Source: Tubulanus polymorphus (taxonomy: Eukaryota > Animalia > Nemertea). Taken from it: a stretch of 64,000 nt of DNA. The notes beneath the pieces are model-generated. The model made no database searches and was not told the DNA's origin. It saw only the letters and a list, made by a program, of their open reading frames with translations. A program made the translations under genes and the position numbers. Where the stretch lies: assembly GCF_964204645.1 (NCBI RefSeq), contig NC_134027.1:14106485-14170484 (forward strand), in the 5' to 3' direction. This document shows, one piece after another, positions 50,701-63,829 of this stretch; position 1 is the stretch's first letter; the number at the start of each line of letters is the position of its first letter.

Positions 50701-51931
50701 ACTGATCCCTGATGGTACGCCCATTCAAAGCTCTCTAATCAATGCAAAACCTCAGTTCACCACTCTTCTTCCGCACGAGTACAACTGGCGATGCAAACGG
50801 ACTGTTTTAATGACGGATAACACCTGCCTCCAACATAGACTTGAGATGTTCCCGAACCTCCTTAATCATAGATGGCGGAATGCGTCCGTATCACTCAGAA
50901 AACGGTGTATTATCCTTAAGGTTGATCTCGTGTTCCAGTACAGTGGTCTTGCCCATGTCCAGATCACCAACAGCGAAGACTTTTCTCCATTTAACCAACA
51001 ACTTCTGGAGCTTTCGCAGTTCCTCATGGGTTAACGCAGATTTCTCGAATCTAAATAGTTTCAGAAATTCTTCATCTGTCATATTAGCATCGGACGTATC
51101 GGCTCCTATTGACTGTATGCATGGATAAATAGTTGAACAGGTTTGAAGAGTACATAAAACAGCATGAGGCTTGATAACAACGGATTCCTGACTTGTGATT
51201 CGAACGATAACACTAATCCTACTACACTTGGACGACTGTACATAACTAACAGTGGGTAACAGCATCACTTCACCAGGCAATGTACTTCCAACATCTGACG
51301 TGATGACTTGTTGACCCTTATCATCTTTAGAAGTTCGACGAATACCACTTATGGTCATCTGCATCATTGGTGGAACAATCACTTCCCTAGTAGTTCGGAC
51401 ACAGTCTGAATTCTTCGTAGACCTCCTACGCTGCATAAGTATCCTGGTCATCTTGATACCAGCATCATCAGTATTACCACCAAACTGTGTGAGTACGTTC
51501 ATGCCAACAAGAACTGGAACCTTCAGATGATAATCTGTATCAGAAACAACCAAACAAAACATCGGAACGACTTCATCATCAAGTGTTAGTTCCATTAGTA
51601 CACAACCCAGATACGGTAGAACATCACCAGCTACTGTCCTGACTTCCAAGACCTCACCGACTGAAGTCATCTGATCCAATTTACCACATTTCTTCACAAA
51701 ACCGAGACTAACAGTCGAAACCATTGAACCAGTGTCTAACAAAACAGTACATGAAACTCCATCGACAGCGGCAGCAACTTCATTTGGACCACCAATGAGT
51801 TTACCCAAGAAGTCATCTTTATTTACATTATATACAGGATCGCGACTTAATGTTTGTCGGACACCCGGCATCCGTCGCTCGATACCGGCTCCTCTCCGTT
51901 TCCCTTCCACGGCTTCATACAGTTTCTCCAA
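47783..51931 (-). pseudogene. Gypsy pol (protease, RT, RNase H, integrase), broken near 50730-50890
   Basis: LLDTGS; LDLKSGYWQ; MPFGLTNAPATFQR; YIDV (altered YxDD); TDAS; LEFLAL; TDNNPL; HHCC finger; HADQGQNFE; GN..VERFN. Confidence 0.93.
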
Positions 51932-51999
51932 AAATGACCGGATTCACCGCAATTATAACAACGCCTATTCTCTGATGACCACTGGTACTGTCCACGACC

Positions 52000-52805
52000 G
52001 TTGCCACGTCCACGAAAATTACCGCGATAATTACTAAAACGACGCGAATTATTGTTACCGCGCGAACGAAAATTTCAGCGAAATGACTGCGATGGTTGAA
52101 AACGCTTCCACCTCATCTATAGGCTGGTCAGTCTTCTCACTTTTATCCAGGAGCTTATCCAGTTTGGAATCTAGAGATGACATAGATGGTTCGGCAGGTA
52201 CAGCAGCAACCTTGACCTTGGAACTAGAAGCAGCAGTGGTAGCACCCTCCTCGTTTACAGAAGTTGGAATTAACTCCTGTTCCAACTTACGCGCCTCAGT
52301 CACCATACTCGAAAAAGTTTTAGCAGTATCTTCCAAATATGACCGAATACACATGCGCAGCTGAACGTTGAGTAAACCACCATAAAACTGAGATCAGCAT
52401 AGCTTCTGTGATCTGAGCTGCAGACTTCGATCTGATGTCCTCCAACCGACAACTCCAATCTGCAACATTCTCACCAGCCTTTTGTTTACTTGTGTAGAAT
52501 ACACCTAAAACTTGAGTGGGCATCAACACTTCACCAAAAACGACCTCAAACTTCGCTAAAATCTGCGTTGACTTAACATTCTCACCCAAATTAATCACGA
52601 TGTCAGCAGCATTACCACGGAGCGAACGCCGAATAGCTTGAATAATGGTAGGTTCACCTAGTGACTGATCTGACATTAAAGATTTTAACTCATGATGCCA
52701 TTGTTTATATGACACCTCATTTTTACCTACTGTACCGGAGAATGTAGACAGGCGAGGAGTATGCAGCACAACGCCTGGCTTTGGATCGGGCTTATCCCCG
52801 GTCAT
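52000..52805 (-). pseudogene. Gypsy gag (PNMA-like capsid), frameshifted
   Basis: PRLSTFSG..VSYKQW..IRRSLRGNAA..F..VFG..Q..GE.V..W..RLE. Confidence 0.8.
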
Positions 52806-54303
52806 GATGAATATTAAAATGAGGAATGCAAGGGGAATTATTTTAAACATGTATAGGTTAAACAATAAGCAAATAATGTTTGACGACCAGGTACTGCCAA
52901 TTTAAGTCATTATGACTAACCTTTAACACAAAACACTTAATTTACCTACCTAACCTACCGTTAATTAAACCTGAAATCAAAGTAAGGGCTGTTATTTTAC
53001 ACCATAACCTTACTTCAACCACTACACTAAACTAAATCCACACTAAAGCAAATGCAAATAAAACTTTACACCATAAGCATACACTAATCAAATTGAAAAA
53101 TAATAATAATTTACCAAGAATTGAAATTAGTTTAAATAATAATATAATAATTCACCAAAAGTTGAATTGAATTGAATTGATAATCAAATAATAATCTACC
53201 GAAAGTTGAATTGTTAATTAAATAATAATTTGATGAAAGTTGAAATAAATTAGAATAATTACAGAAATAAATTGAAATTAAATAGCAGTAATGTACCAGG
53301 AATCTCCCTAGCTACATAAGAATTGAATCAAGATTATTAAAAATATATAAAAAACAAAAAGACAAAATCAAAGTAAGCAGATAATTCACCAAACTTAGGT
53401 GAAAGACAGAATAGACACAATATTTCTACTTATTTAATTACCTGTGAAACCACCGGGCGGCAGCACCTGCTAGAGCAGTAAATGAATTTGAGTTAATACC
53501 GAAATATACCCCCAGGTGGCAACATAAACTGAAACATTGTTCAACACCTGAAATTAGTATACCCCTAGTACCCACAATTTACACCAGCTCAGTTTGCAGA
53601 GAAACCCTGACAAAAGCAAAATGATAGGAAAACAAAAATAAAATACACAGCAAATTGATAAGTGTTTCTCTAGCTCAGAGACACACAAAGCAAAATAAAG
53701 TTTATAAACTGAAAATGTTCAACGCAGGACACACACAGGACAACACAATGCTAGCTAGCTATCACAACTACAGCTCCACACACCGTCTCTTCTATAACCA
53801 TATCACGATCACGAATATATGATGAAATCTCCAATAATCTCAGAAGAGTGTCAATATGCAGACTATATCACTTCATAAACACAAATTTTCCATCCGACCT
53901 TGACCTTAAAATTTCCAAATCACAGTTTTGCGGACAATCCAGAGTTCAAGGTCACTCGACAAATCTCAACAGTTCCATATACTCGTGTATATAGATTAAT
54001 AATCAATGTTTTTAAGATTCAACTCACGTACGTCTGACGTCACAGCTCACTAAATCGACGAAACTGCATATTATCAAATTCACGACGAGTTGACGATCTT
54101 CTCAATTTTCAACATCCAGGTGGCGCTACAGTGTCCTGTCGCGGACGCCAATATAACAGCCAGGAACGATACCCTCTTTTATTCCGGATACTTTTATTTA
54201 TCTAATCTTGGAACCACGTTGGGCTGGACGGAATGTCATTGAAAAGGTACTACTGGGAACTTCTGACGAGTGAAACAGAAGCGGCTGTCACAGGTTCTTT
54301 GGG

Positions 54304-55271
54304 CAGAGCTGCCAACTCATAGTTTTCTCTCATCCTACTCATATCCATGTTTCATCCTATTTTTTCAGATCACATCCTATTTTTGGTTTCCAAAAATCAA
54401 GAAAACATAAACCGGAAAATCAATATTGAAATCTTTATTTCGACAACATTCACGACAACATTTTAGCCATGAGAGCAATATTATGTTCAACTAAGAAGTA
54501 TGTGAACAATACTTCTGTACGAATCACTGACAAATCATCATCTTCATTCTGGCTAGGACGCAAGAAGTGGGAAATTTTCCTAAACTTAGCTTTATCTTTG
54601 TGGCCAGTAGTACCAAAGTGCTTTACAAGGTCACTACTCCCACCATGGGATACTGATACATCAATCCCGCAAATGTTACAATAAGCAAAATACCGAGACG
54701 ATTTTGACCTTGTGATGCAAGGGAATTTCTGCGTATAGACATTTAAGAACGTTTGTTTACGTATCTCCGGTCCGGTTCCACTACGTTTCGTTTTTTTTTG
54801 CCGAAGATCCTTCGTTACCAGCATCAGCTGCCGCCGCATGATTGGCACGCTCCTCTTCGTCATTTGAATCGGACATATTGTTCACTTTTATTGTTAAAAT
54901 TACAAAGAACAAGCCGGCACACGCCGCGAACAGGAAGCCGCCATCTTTGATACCGTCAATCGACAGACGTCCTAAGTAGCGAACACAACCGTCGCAATAC
55001 TGCGGTGTGAGATCAAAAGTCTAAGATACGATAGAAAATACGTAATATTTATTTACTTTAACAACATATCTTGAAATATTATCGTACTAAAAGACAATTC
55101 ATTGTATTATCGTATGCATTAAACGACCGGGTCGTATTAGTTTGCCGTACAGCGTATCATCGTACAGTTACTAGCTCCCGGTCGTATTGATTTGTTGTTC
55201 AGCGTATCGTTGTACGTTCAATGCACCAATCGTACGAAAATACGACGATATCGTACTGGTTGGCAGCCCTG
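54304..55271 (-). mobile_element. Internally deleted hAT element related to 8734-13189, with 6-bp TSD
   Basis: TIR CAGAGCTGCCAAC / GTTGGCAGCCCTG. TTTGGG at 54298-54303 and 55272-55277. ORF 54450-54863 retains the N-terminal finger (YCNICGIDVSVSHGG..KH..GH..EVLF..FLVEHNI). TCGTA subterminal repeats. Confidence 0.92.
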
Positions 55272-55331
55272 TTTGGGACCTGTACTCACACACACCATGA
55301 TAGGATGCACATCTCTCCAAACGATACTCAG

Positions 55332-55780
55332 CTGAATAAATAAATGACAATCATAAGATATTGTACAAAATATCAACCAAACATTTATTTACCAAACTTC
55401 CATTTTCGGCGTACTAATTTATACCCTTATAAATTTATCCTTTAACAGTATTTAACCATTTTACAATTTATGATTACACATTAGACTGAGTACACATAGA
55501 GCACCATTAATTGTTTAACTAACTACAGATGTACACACAGACTAATTAATTTAGGTCAGCCATATTGATTTTTTTAGATTTAACCGGTCATCACTTCAAA
55601 GTGTGGATTTACCTTTAAGAACCATTATTTCACGCTCTAAACGAGCTGCATACAATGTTAACAATTTAGTTTATTAATATAATTTATGCTTACCTGAATA
55701 AATAAGTGACAATCATAAGATATTGTACAAAATATCAACCAAACATTTATTTACTTCCATTTTCGGCGTACTAATTTATA
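55332..55780 (+). repeat. ~90-bp direct repeat (55332-55422 and 55694-55780)
   Basis: CTGAATAAATAA(A/G)TGACAATCATAAGATATTGTACAAAATATCAACCAAACATTTATT...CTTCCATTTTCGGCGTACTAATTTATA occurs twice. Confidence 0.8.
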
Positions 55781-56549
55781 CAAAGTAAACCGCCGAAAAC
55801 GGGAAAATAGTGCAAATGGCAGCACCATACAGTAAGCAATTTAACACATGAACCGGGAGGTATAAACAAGTGTGCTTAACTCCAGCCTACCACACATTGT
55901 TAGAAGTTAAATTCTGATTTGCACAATTGCAGCTATTTAAATCATTTATCATATTTAAATCCTTTACATAGAAGATTGACTTTTACATCTCTATCAATTA
56001 CGTATAGTCAAAATATGTGACGGTTAGATTGGTTATCTTATAATTCCTTACCTCTAAACCACTTGTTTTGCTAAGCAATGACTGAAATAGAAAACACAGA
56101 TTTTATCTATTTTCATAATTGTGGTGCATTTGTTTCCAATCAGGTGGCGTAAGATATTGGGTATATTCAGGGAGGTGGGAGTCACTCCCACATCCCTTGT
56201 ATATTAAAAGCCATGAGAAATCCTAATGCGCGTAAGTGACTGCCGATACACAGGCTCAGTGTTATCATTCTCCATGCTTCTTCCGAATACAAATCTTTAT
56301 TTCACTTTGATTCAGTCGATTCTCTGGAATAGTTATACGTAATTCTTAAACGATGCGGATAAAACCTGACCGATGGAGCGCTGTGGATTTTAAATGAAAG
56401 TGATTGTTTCAATTGAAAAAAGCGAAGCAAAAGTGAGTTTCCGTGTGAGAAGTGTCCCATAACAGTGATAACAATTATCGTAAATCATAATTTCGGGTAT
56501 TCAGGGTAAACGTAAGCATTTTTAGGCCAGCCGTAGGCTGAGCCTATTA

Positions 56550-57560
56550 CAGGGTGTCCCATTAATTACTATACATAAAGAACTGCCTGTCATTTTCAAA
56601 CCGCTTGAGATATATCAGCCAAATCTTCAGGAGAGATGGACTACAATAATACTTTTCACCACAAAAATTACTTAGCTAAAATCAAATTAGTTTAAAAAAT
56701 ATGCTGGATGGGAAAACCTTTCAATTTTCTCACATGATTCAGTCTATTGTTGAAATTTCTCAGTACATTGACAATCATCTGTGTTATTGCAGTTGTTTCT
56801 CTTTAAATCATCAATAGTTTCTGGCTTGTTTTGGTACACTGTGTCCTTCAGCTAGCCCCACAAGTATCCAGTGGATTTAAGTCAGGCGAGTATGGGGCCC
56901 AGTCGTTAACAGTTTGGAGCGCTGAGATTCTGTCACCGAAATGCCTATGCAGAACATCAATTGTTTTGTGTGCTGAAAGACATTGCCCACCATTCTGTCG
57001 GGACCACACAGGATTGAGACATCCTCTAGACATCTACGAATTTTGTAATGGAGTACTGAATCAGCATCTTATGATAGCTGGCTCCATTCATAGACAGCTT
57101 TTCCTTTTTTGTCAAAAAGGTATGGCCCGATTATAGGCCCACTGGATGACCTACTGTATGGCAAATCCAAAGATCACACCTCGTAGACAACAGACAGCTC
57201 ACTTGATGACATTGATAAAGTGGCTTCTCTGCAATCAAATAGGGATTCTTGACACCAAAATCTATGGTTCAGACTGACAGAAAGATTTGGTTTCCTAAAA
57301 CCAGCATACCATCTAGGCTTTTTGTTTCAGAGACATAGATATGATTTAACAGTGATCTATTCTTAATCAGAATTATACAAAATCACTACAACAATGTAAT
57401 CAGTTGCTAGGAAATCACTAAGCAAATTACCATAGCAACCATGATAATAATCAAAAAGTACTGTTACATTCTATCATTTGGTGGAAAATCGAAACATTTC
57501 ATTAAGAAATGTGGAGGATACAGGCAGTTCTTTATGTATAGTAATTAATGGGACACCCTG
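56550..57560 (-). mobile_element. Tc1/mariner-superfamily element with decayed transposase
   Basis: 41-bp perfect TIR CAGGGTGTCCCATTAATTACTATACATAAAGAACTGCCTGT. TA on both flanks. WAPYSPDLNPLD motif at ~56865-56900. Confidence 0.92.
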
Positions 57561-59392
57561 TACTATACAAATGGAGCGAATTTAAATGACATGGTTTCCA
57601 CACAAAAGGCTCTTTTGCTTGCCAAGTGAGGGCATATTCGAACAAATCACGTATTTAAGCGTAATCCATTCTCGGAATCGTAGCGAGCAGAATTTTGAAA
57701 TAGGGTCTCATAAAAATGTTTTCTGCATTTTTCACGAAAGTTAAATCGGGAAAATTTCAATTTTTATCAGCCAATCAGGAAGTTGTGTCTTCCCTGTGAT
57801 TGGTTTATCTGAAAATATCAGCAGCTGTTCACGTGAATTATCGCGATTTCATTACTGGCGCTTTTGCGCATGACGTCATGTATCAACACGCGACAATACT
57901 TCCGCGTTCGCTACGTGTTCGCTGATTGGCCCATTTACTGGGAAATTCCACAGAAGCCTAATGTGGTTTGTTACAAGCACTGTGATTGGCCCGACCCGAT
58001 TCTGGCACGGCTTTAGCTTAGTGGGTTCGAATCCCTTGACGGGTGAAGATGATGGATCCTATCAATATCTATTGAAACAAATAAGTTTCCCGGTTGGGCA
58101 GCCGCGGATATCTACAGTACCGGAAGTGTTCCGGTTCGATATTTCGAGGTTTCTTTGAATTTTGGAGTGATATTGAAATCCGGTAAATACCAGCGGTAGA
58201 TTGTGAAAACCCATTGCATGATATTTGTATTACTTAATCAACGAAAAGCGTCGGGGCCGCGCCAGGAGTTTTCGTGATTCAAGTAGCGCAATAGCCTACT
58301 TCTTCGTGTTCGTCCACCTCAATTTTCACTCCGCCGATCTCTGACACGGCTCTGTCCCCGTCGGCGCTGTGATTGCACTTTCGTACCACCAAAATTTTTT
58401 ATTTCTATATCAGGGAGGTCTGGAGAATAAAAAAGTCAAAATTTGGATATCACATAGGCCTGATTTCATCGAATAAGTCGAGCATGGTCGTTACGTTTCC
58501 GTACTTATTACCACCTAAAACCGTCTGAACAATTTTGTCACAACCAACATTTCGTTTACAGAAATCAGGTGTTCACATGAATCTGCTGTATCGTCTACTG
58601 TTTTACTTCCGGGTTTTATTTTAAGATTTAAAATTGTATTTCAAGATCGATTTCTATGAAATCTTTAGTTGATTTGGTGTTTGGGAGGAATTTTTATTTG
58701 CTCTACAGAAAATTCATCCTTGACAATTGCGCAAGGTTCGCGAAAAAAAGGTTTTACCAAATCGGGTGTATGACCTTGATATGCTAATTAGCCATGTGCC
58801 CGAATTGCAAATTCAATCAAATTTTATTCTGCCAAAAAATGTTAAATGCAATTCGCTTTCCGAGAGTTAATGGTATGCTGCATGGAACAAAGTTGTTTTG
58901 AGATAGGTCTTGAAGCTATTGAGGTCGAGAGATAACCATCTAGATAGTTCGTGAGAGTTCCAAAGTTTTGAAGACGCTTCAAGGTAATGTCTTGATATTT
59001 GTTTTTTACGTGTATCTACCCTAGACACATCTTCAGGCCAAAAACTGGCCCTGTCAGATTCAAGATGGCCGACTGGCAGCCATTGTTGTTCGCCAAAATC
59101 AGCACTTTTTACACATTTTTGAAGTTTTCGAGGGAAATTTTGAAGACACTTTTATCAATAACCTTGATCATTCGTATATATTTGTATCCCCCGAGGGCCC
59201 ATCGGCATGTGAAAAATTGAGTCGATCGGACTCAAGATGGCCGTACTGTGACCTTTTTGTTCCCAAAAATGTGTCAATTTTGGCCTGAATTCTGAGTACT
59301 GTAGCTTTCTAATGGTGCGCCATGTTTCATTGCAATTTGTAATGGGTATTCTTTGGAAAGGGATCTTTTATATCCGAGAGGGTATTTTTGAC

Positions 59393-59630
59393 CAGGCAAT
59401 TATGACGCACTTGGCGGCCATCTTGGGGTCATCAGTACTCATTCGTAGGTGGAAAAAAAGTTTTTCCACATCATAATTGATACTTAAGCATATTTTGCTA
59501 CTATAATCAATTGGAAAGTTGTAGCTCATGACATGTTCTATGATCGAGGTGAGTTTCAAGCTCATTGGTTTTTTTATGGCCACCGGGCGTTGCACAATAC
59601 AATAACTTAGTATTTCTATATTACATTCGT
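59393..59630 (+). repeat. Second copy of the 16990-17240 repeat (leader plus about one 154-bp monomer)
   Basis: CAGGCAATTATGACGCA.TTGGCGGCC.TCTTGGGGT...TTGGAAAGTTGTAGCTCA.GACATG...GGTGAGTTTCAA shared. Confidence 0.85.
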
Positions 59631-59854
59631 TCCTGCTGTCTGTGTTAACACACGATTTTACTATGTAAATGATATTGAGCAGGGAGTGTATATTGATAAA
59701 TATAACCCACAGATTACATCATTTATTAAAAGCAAATCTGACAGGCTGGCCATTTTGCCCCTTGGGGCTCTTGTTGCATTGATATGCTGCCTATACTGCA
59801 ATGTTTTTGGTGATTAACAAATTGATTCATATTCATTAGGAAATCTAGAAGTAC

Positions 59855-62800
59855 CTGCATCAATGACTGCACCTTCGTTGCGGTGTAACACGTTTCCTTT
59901 TCCCCGGATGTCAACATATAAAAACGCTCTTGGGTCATCAAACTATGGCTCATTAACTGAGGCAAACTTTCTCTGATGTTGTGATCCTTGACTCTACATT
60001 CTGTGGTGACGGATTTCCTGATGAGGCTATTATATACAACCCTCGCATAGCCCAGGGCTTTCTCAACATAGCTCTTCAGCGTTCTGTTTGAAACAAAGAA
60101 TTCATAGAAATTATCGAATATCGAAAAGTCGATATTGAGGCATTTGAGCAATTACCATCAAATATGGTGGAATCTCGAATGATTCAAATATAAACACAAT
60201 CAATCACAGCATCAAATGACAAATGAATAGTGATAACGGAAATGAATTCAAATTTATGTAATCTCATAATCTCACTATTGATTAAGTCCAATGACACGAT
60301 ACTGTCGTGGCTGCTTTACTAGAAACTGACATAACTGTTATGAATGCGTAACATCAAATGAAGCGTCGTTTGGGATGTTTGTATTGACTTTTCTTACAAT
60401 ACGTATCTGTTCACAAAGCCTCATGTGTTGAATTCTATCTTAATGCCAATTTTATTCTAAACCACCTTAGAAATTATTCCAAATCATTGTCAAGATTTTT
60501 CTAGACCCCTATCTTAGGTACGTAGCTCATAGACAGAGAGACAGATACCCAGGGTTATCTAACCCCACTGCTTAAGAGTTACCAAATATACCCAACATAC
60601 ATCCTAAGATGTGGAAGAATTTTTGGCAAAAAATTAGCATTGAGATAAAATTCAATATATGAGGGCTTCGCCATGTAACAGATGGATGAGAACTGTCAAC
60701 ATTTTTTACATAAAATGGGAATAATATCCCAAACGGTGCCTCATAAATCAATGACGGACCAATTCCATTCTTCACTTTGATGCAACATAATTTGAGCATT
60801 TCCGTATCAACTTAAATCTATCATATCAGAGTAATTGTTACTTCTGATTGAAACATCGATGTTTAAAGATAACATTGATTTGTTTGTAGGGGTTGCCAAC
60901 TTCATCAATTACTTAAGTACATACTACAGTCTACCTCGGATGTAACGTCTTTGGATTTACCGTAGATCCACTTTTATCGTATTATTTCCCAGGTCCCAAT
61001 TTTTATGGCCCCACAACGCGCTATGGGGGGCATACTATATTCACTTCGTTATTTTGCTATTTTCATTTCCGGGCTGTAACTCATAAATGGTTTAAGATAA
61101 CTTCTGGTTATAATTAAATTGATGGATTGTCCTAGAGCAAATAGATAACTGATTAGATGTTGGGTCCTGTAAGTCAAAAATCCAGGTCACCAGAAGTTGT
61201 TTTGGAATTTTCATTTCCGGGCTATAATTCTTCAAATTTGTTGGCCTATAGGTCCTAAGTCACTGGCACGGGAAGACATTTTGTTCTTTTCGTTTGCTGT
61301 GGCTTCATATACAATTCAATATATCCTCAAGGTGTACTTTACTCTCAGGCATTTCACCTGATGTGGGGGCATCAGTCGTCTTCAGCGACATTCTAGTTTC
61401 CTTCTATTAGGCCTTAAAAAAACCTTGAATATAGCGTATTTTTTATAACGTAGATCACTTATATCGTATGAATTATTTGGTTCCAATTAGTCAAATCAAC
61501 GTAATTATCCTCGGATATAACGTATCGCAAAAATTATAAAATGAGAAAAAATATAACAGTAGTAAACTAATATATCACATATAGTATCACAGATAACTAT
61601 CGGGAAAATCCGGGGAAACTTACTGGTTTATTCTATTGGAATCTTTAGGGTTTCCACCCCAAGACACGAAAATCTGCTGCCTCTCATTTTGGACGTTGAC
61701 ATTTTCAATTTGTGACAGCACCCTATCAGCATATAGCTGTAACTGATTGAAGAGGGCGCTGTCCAGAAACAAATGAACAACGGGAGAGGTTGTCACGGCT
61801 TCTTGACCAGTGGTCGAGACAATCCATGCCAAATTGGGAGATTTGAAAAGTTCGATATTCAAAGCCTTCTGGTGAATATATACAGCGAACAGTGCCTGGA
61901 AACTCACCACAATCAATTGAAATAACAGACACGCGGATCGAAAGTTAACGCAATAGCAGTGAGACTAAAGCCCCGAATGGGCTAAACGTGAACCATTCTT
62001 TGAGACAGATAGATGACAACACTGTGTAACGATACTGCATAGAAATATAAGTTGTGATCTCATTTTCAAATTTTGCTGTCAAAATGATCGAAAACGATAA
62101 TTTCACAAACATGGGATCCTTTGTGGTCTCCTGCTAATTGAAGAAAATGCCAAATCTTTAATATTTACTACCCTTTTGAGATCATTTGTACATCAATGAA
62201 ATAGCACCCCCATCTGGATATCTGGATATATCACCAGATGTGCTCTCCTACCATTCAATCTACCCAACATAACCAAAATCCAATACAAGATCACAACGTT
62301 ATAGCCCCACGCACACGGCAAGGAAAAAAACATTTTTTCCTCTTGAAAAAGGTTTTCGATGATTTTTCTTATACCATGTTGAACGTTTTATAGATTGCGG
62401 GTTTAACTTTTTACTCAAAATGTTTTGTGAAAAATAAGTTTGATGAAACAAACGTTTTACCGTATGCGGCGGGCTTTTGGCTTCACCCAAGCATATTACT
62501 AATACCAGAGTGCATATTCGAGATTTATGGATAATTCAAGAAGAAATCATCTAGAATTCTGTTCCATTGATATCTTTCTGCAAATTCAAATTCAAAAATA
62601 CAAATCTTTTTCTGCAATTTCTGTAACACATTATATCAGATTCAAAACCTGTTAAATCCATAAATTAATATGGGAATTTGGCATGACAAATTTATAAGAA
62701 TATCATACATGCATCATAAAAACACAAATGACACAACTCATATATAACTAACTTTAAATTGAAACAAAAGTGAAGAGTTACAAGGTAAGACACAAATGCA

Positions 62801-63059
62801 ATGGTTTAAAATCAAAATCTCACCTTCATACAATACAAATCGCCCTCCATAGTGGCATTTCTCATATGTTTTATAGTTAAATTTGCAATCGGCCCAGCTC
62901 TGCACGGATTCTGCACCGAAATGGCAAATATAAGATAATTTCGAATACAGGAAAGCGTTTGTCGATCGACTGGTTCATCCGACATCAGTGATGTTACTGC
63001 CCTCCTCGCCTTGTATGAGTATAACACGTTCTTGATCTCTGTTGGATTCAGTCGATACT
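59855..63059 (-). pseudogene. Spliced tyrosine recombinase (Crypton-like); exons ~63059-62824, ~61790-61624, 60083-59855
   Basis: RNYL..I.VQNPCRAGPIANLT (first catalytic R); L..Y...V..IFVSWGGNP; LIRKSVTT..LMSHSLMTQERFY (R, H, Y). The CA|gtaag...aacag|A junction joins in frame. The HKT lysine segment was not found. Confidence 0.8.
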
Positions 63060-63169
63060 CTGAAATAATTGCATTCAATTCTCAAATATTCGGGAGAATC
63101 TTACTAATCAGACGCACCAACTGCTCTGAATTTGACCTTGAAGAAATAATATTTTGTTTAAATTGAAAA

Positions 63170-63455
63170 AAAAAAGCGAAGCCAGTCTCTCCAGCCTGAG
63201 GCGAGACTAGCGCACCTACCGCTCTGAGTCAGATTTTAAATAAAAGTATGTTTGGTTAAAATAGAAGAAAAAGCAAAGTGTAGTCGAACCCCCGTGCCAG
63301 TCTCTCCAGGCTGAGGAGAGACCGGGCGCGCCAACCGCTCTGAGTTGGATTTTAAATAAAAATTTGGTTGGGTTTTAAATTGAAAAAAGCGAAGCTTAAA
63401 GGTGCCAGTCTCCCCAGCCGAGGAGACACTGGGTGTGCCAACTGCTCTGAAGCAG
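63170..63455. repeat. Three diverged ~110-bp tandem units, each with a GC-rich hairpin
   Basis: GCCAGTCTC(T)CCAG..GAGG.GA.AC..G.G.GC..AC.GCTCTGA at ~63181, 63296, 63404. Confidence 0.7.
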
Positions 63456-63829
63456 ATTATGCAACATAAGATTTATATCTATTGACGCTAGTGGTTATAG
63501 AATGCAATGCATACTTGAAAATCTGACAATTCAACATTTACCACTCTGACTGGTAAATACAGTACTAATCAGTTTACCTGGAAACATATTATATGCATAG
63601 AACAAGTTTTAAGCTAGATTTTTTGGATTGAATGTGATCACTTAAACATATGAAGATACCATGTTTATACCTATTGTTCAATGCCCCTGGCGAAAATTCA
63701 TAGACTTTCAATGACATCAAAACTTATCACTATCACGTCATAAGCTATTAATTTGCATTACATTGTGGTTATAAAGTATGGATAGTTACGAATAGAAATA
63801 GACACATTGTATATAAGTTACTAAAACTT

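Larger units (their letters stand above)
47645..54152 (-). mobile_element. Ty3/Gypsy LTR retrotransposon internal region (decayed)
   Basis: PBS-like TGGCGTCCGCGACAGGA (minus strand, 54134-54150). AT-rich 5' leader, gag, PR-RT-RH-INT. PPT GGGGAGGAG followed by TGTAG at 47645. Matching LTR pair not found. Confidence 0.9.

Noticed and set aside
58005-58045. tRNA gene (GGGTTCGAATCCC)
   Set aside because: B-box only. No A-box at a suitable distance and no cloverleaf.
60925-61520. pogo/Tigger-like MITE starting TA|CAGTCTACCTCGGATGTAACG
   Set aside because: An internal repeat of the motif is present (~61509), but no matching right TIR was found.
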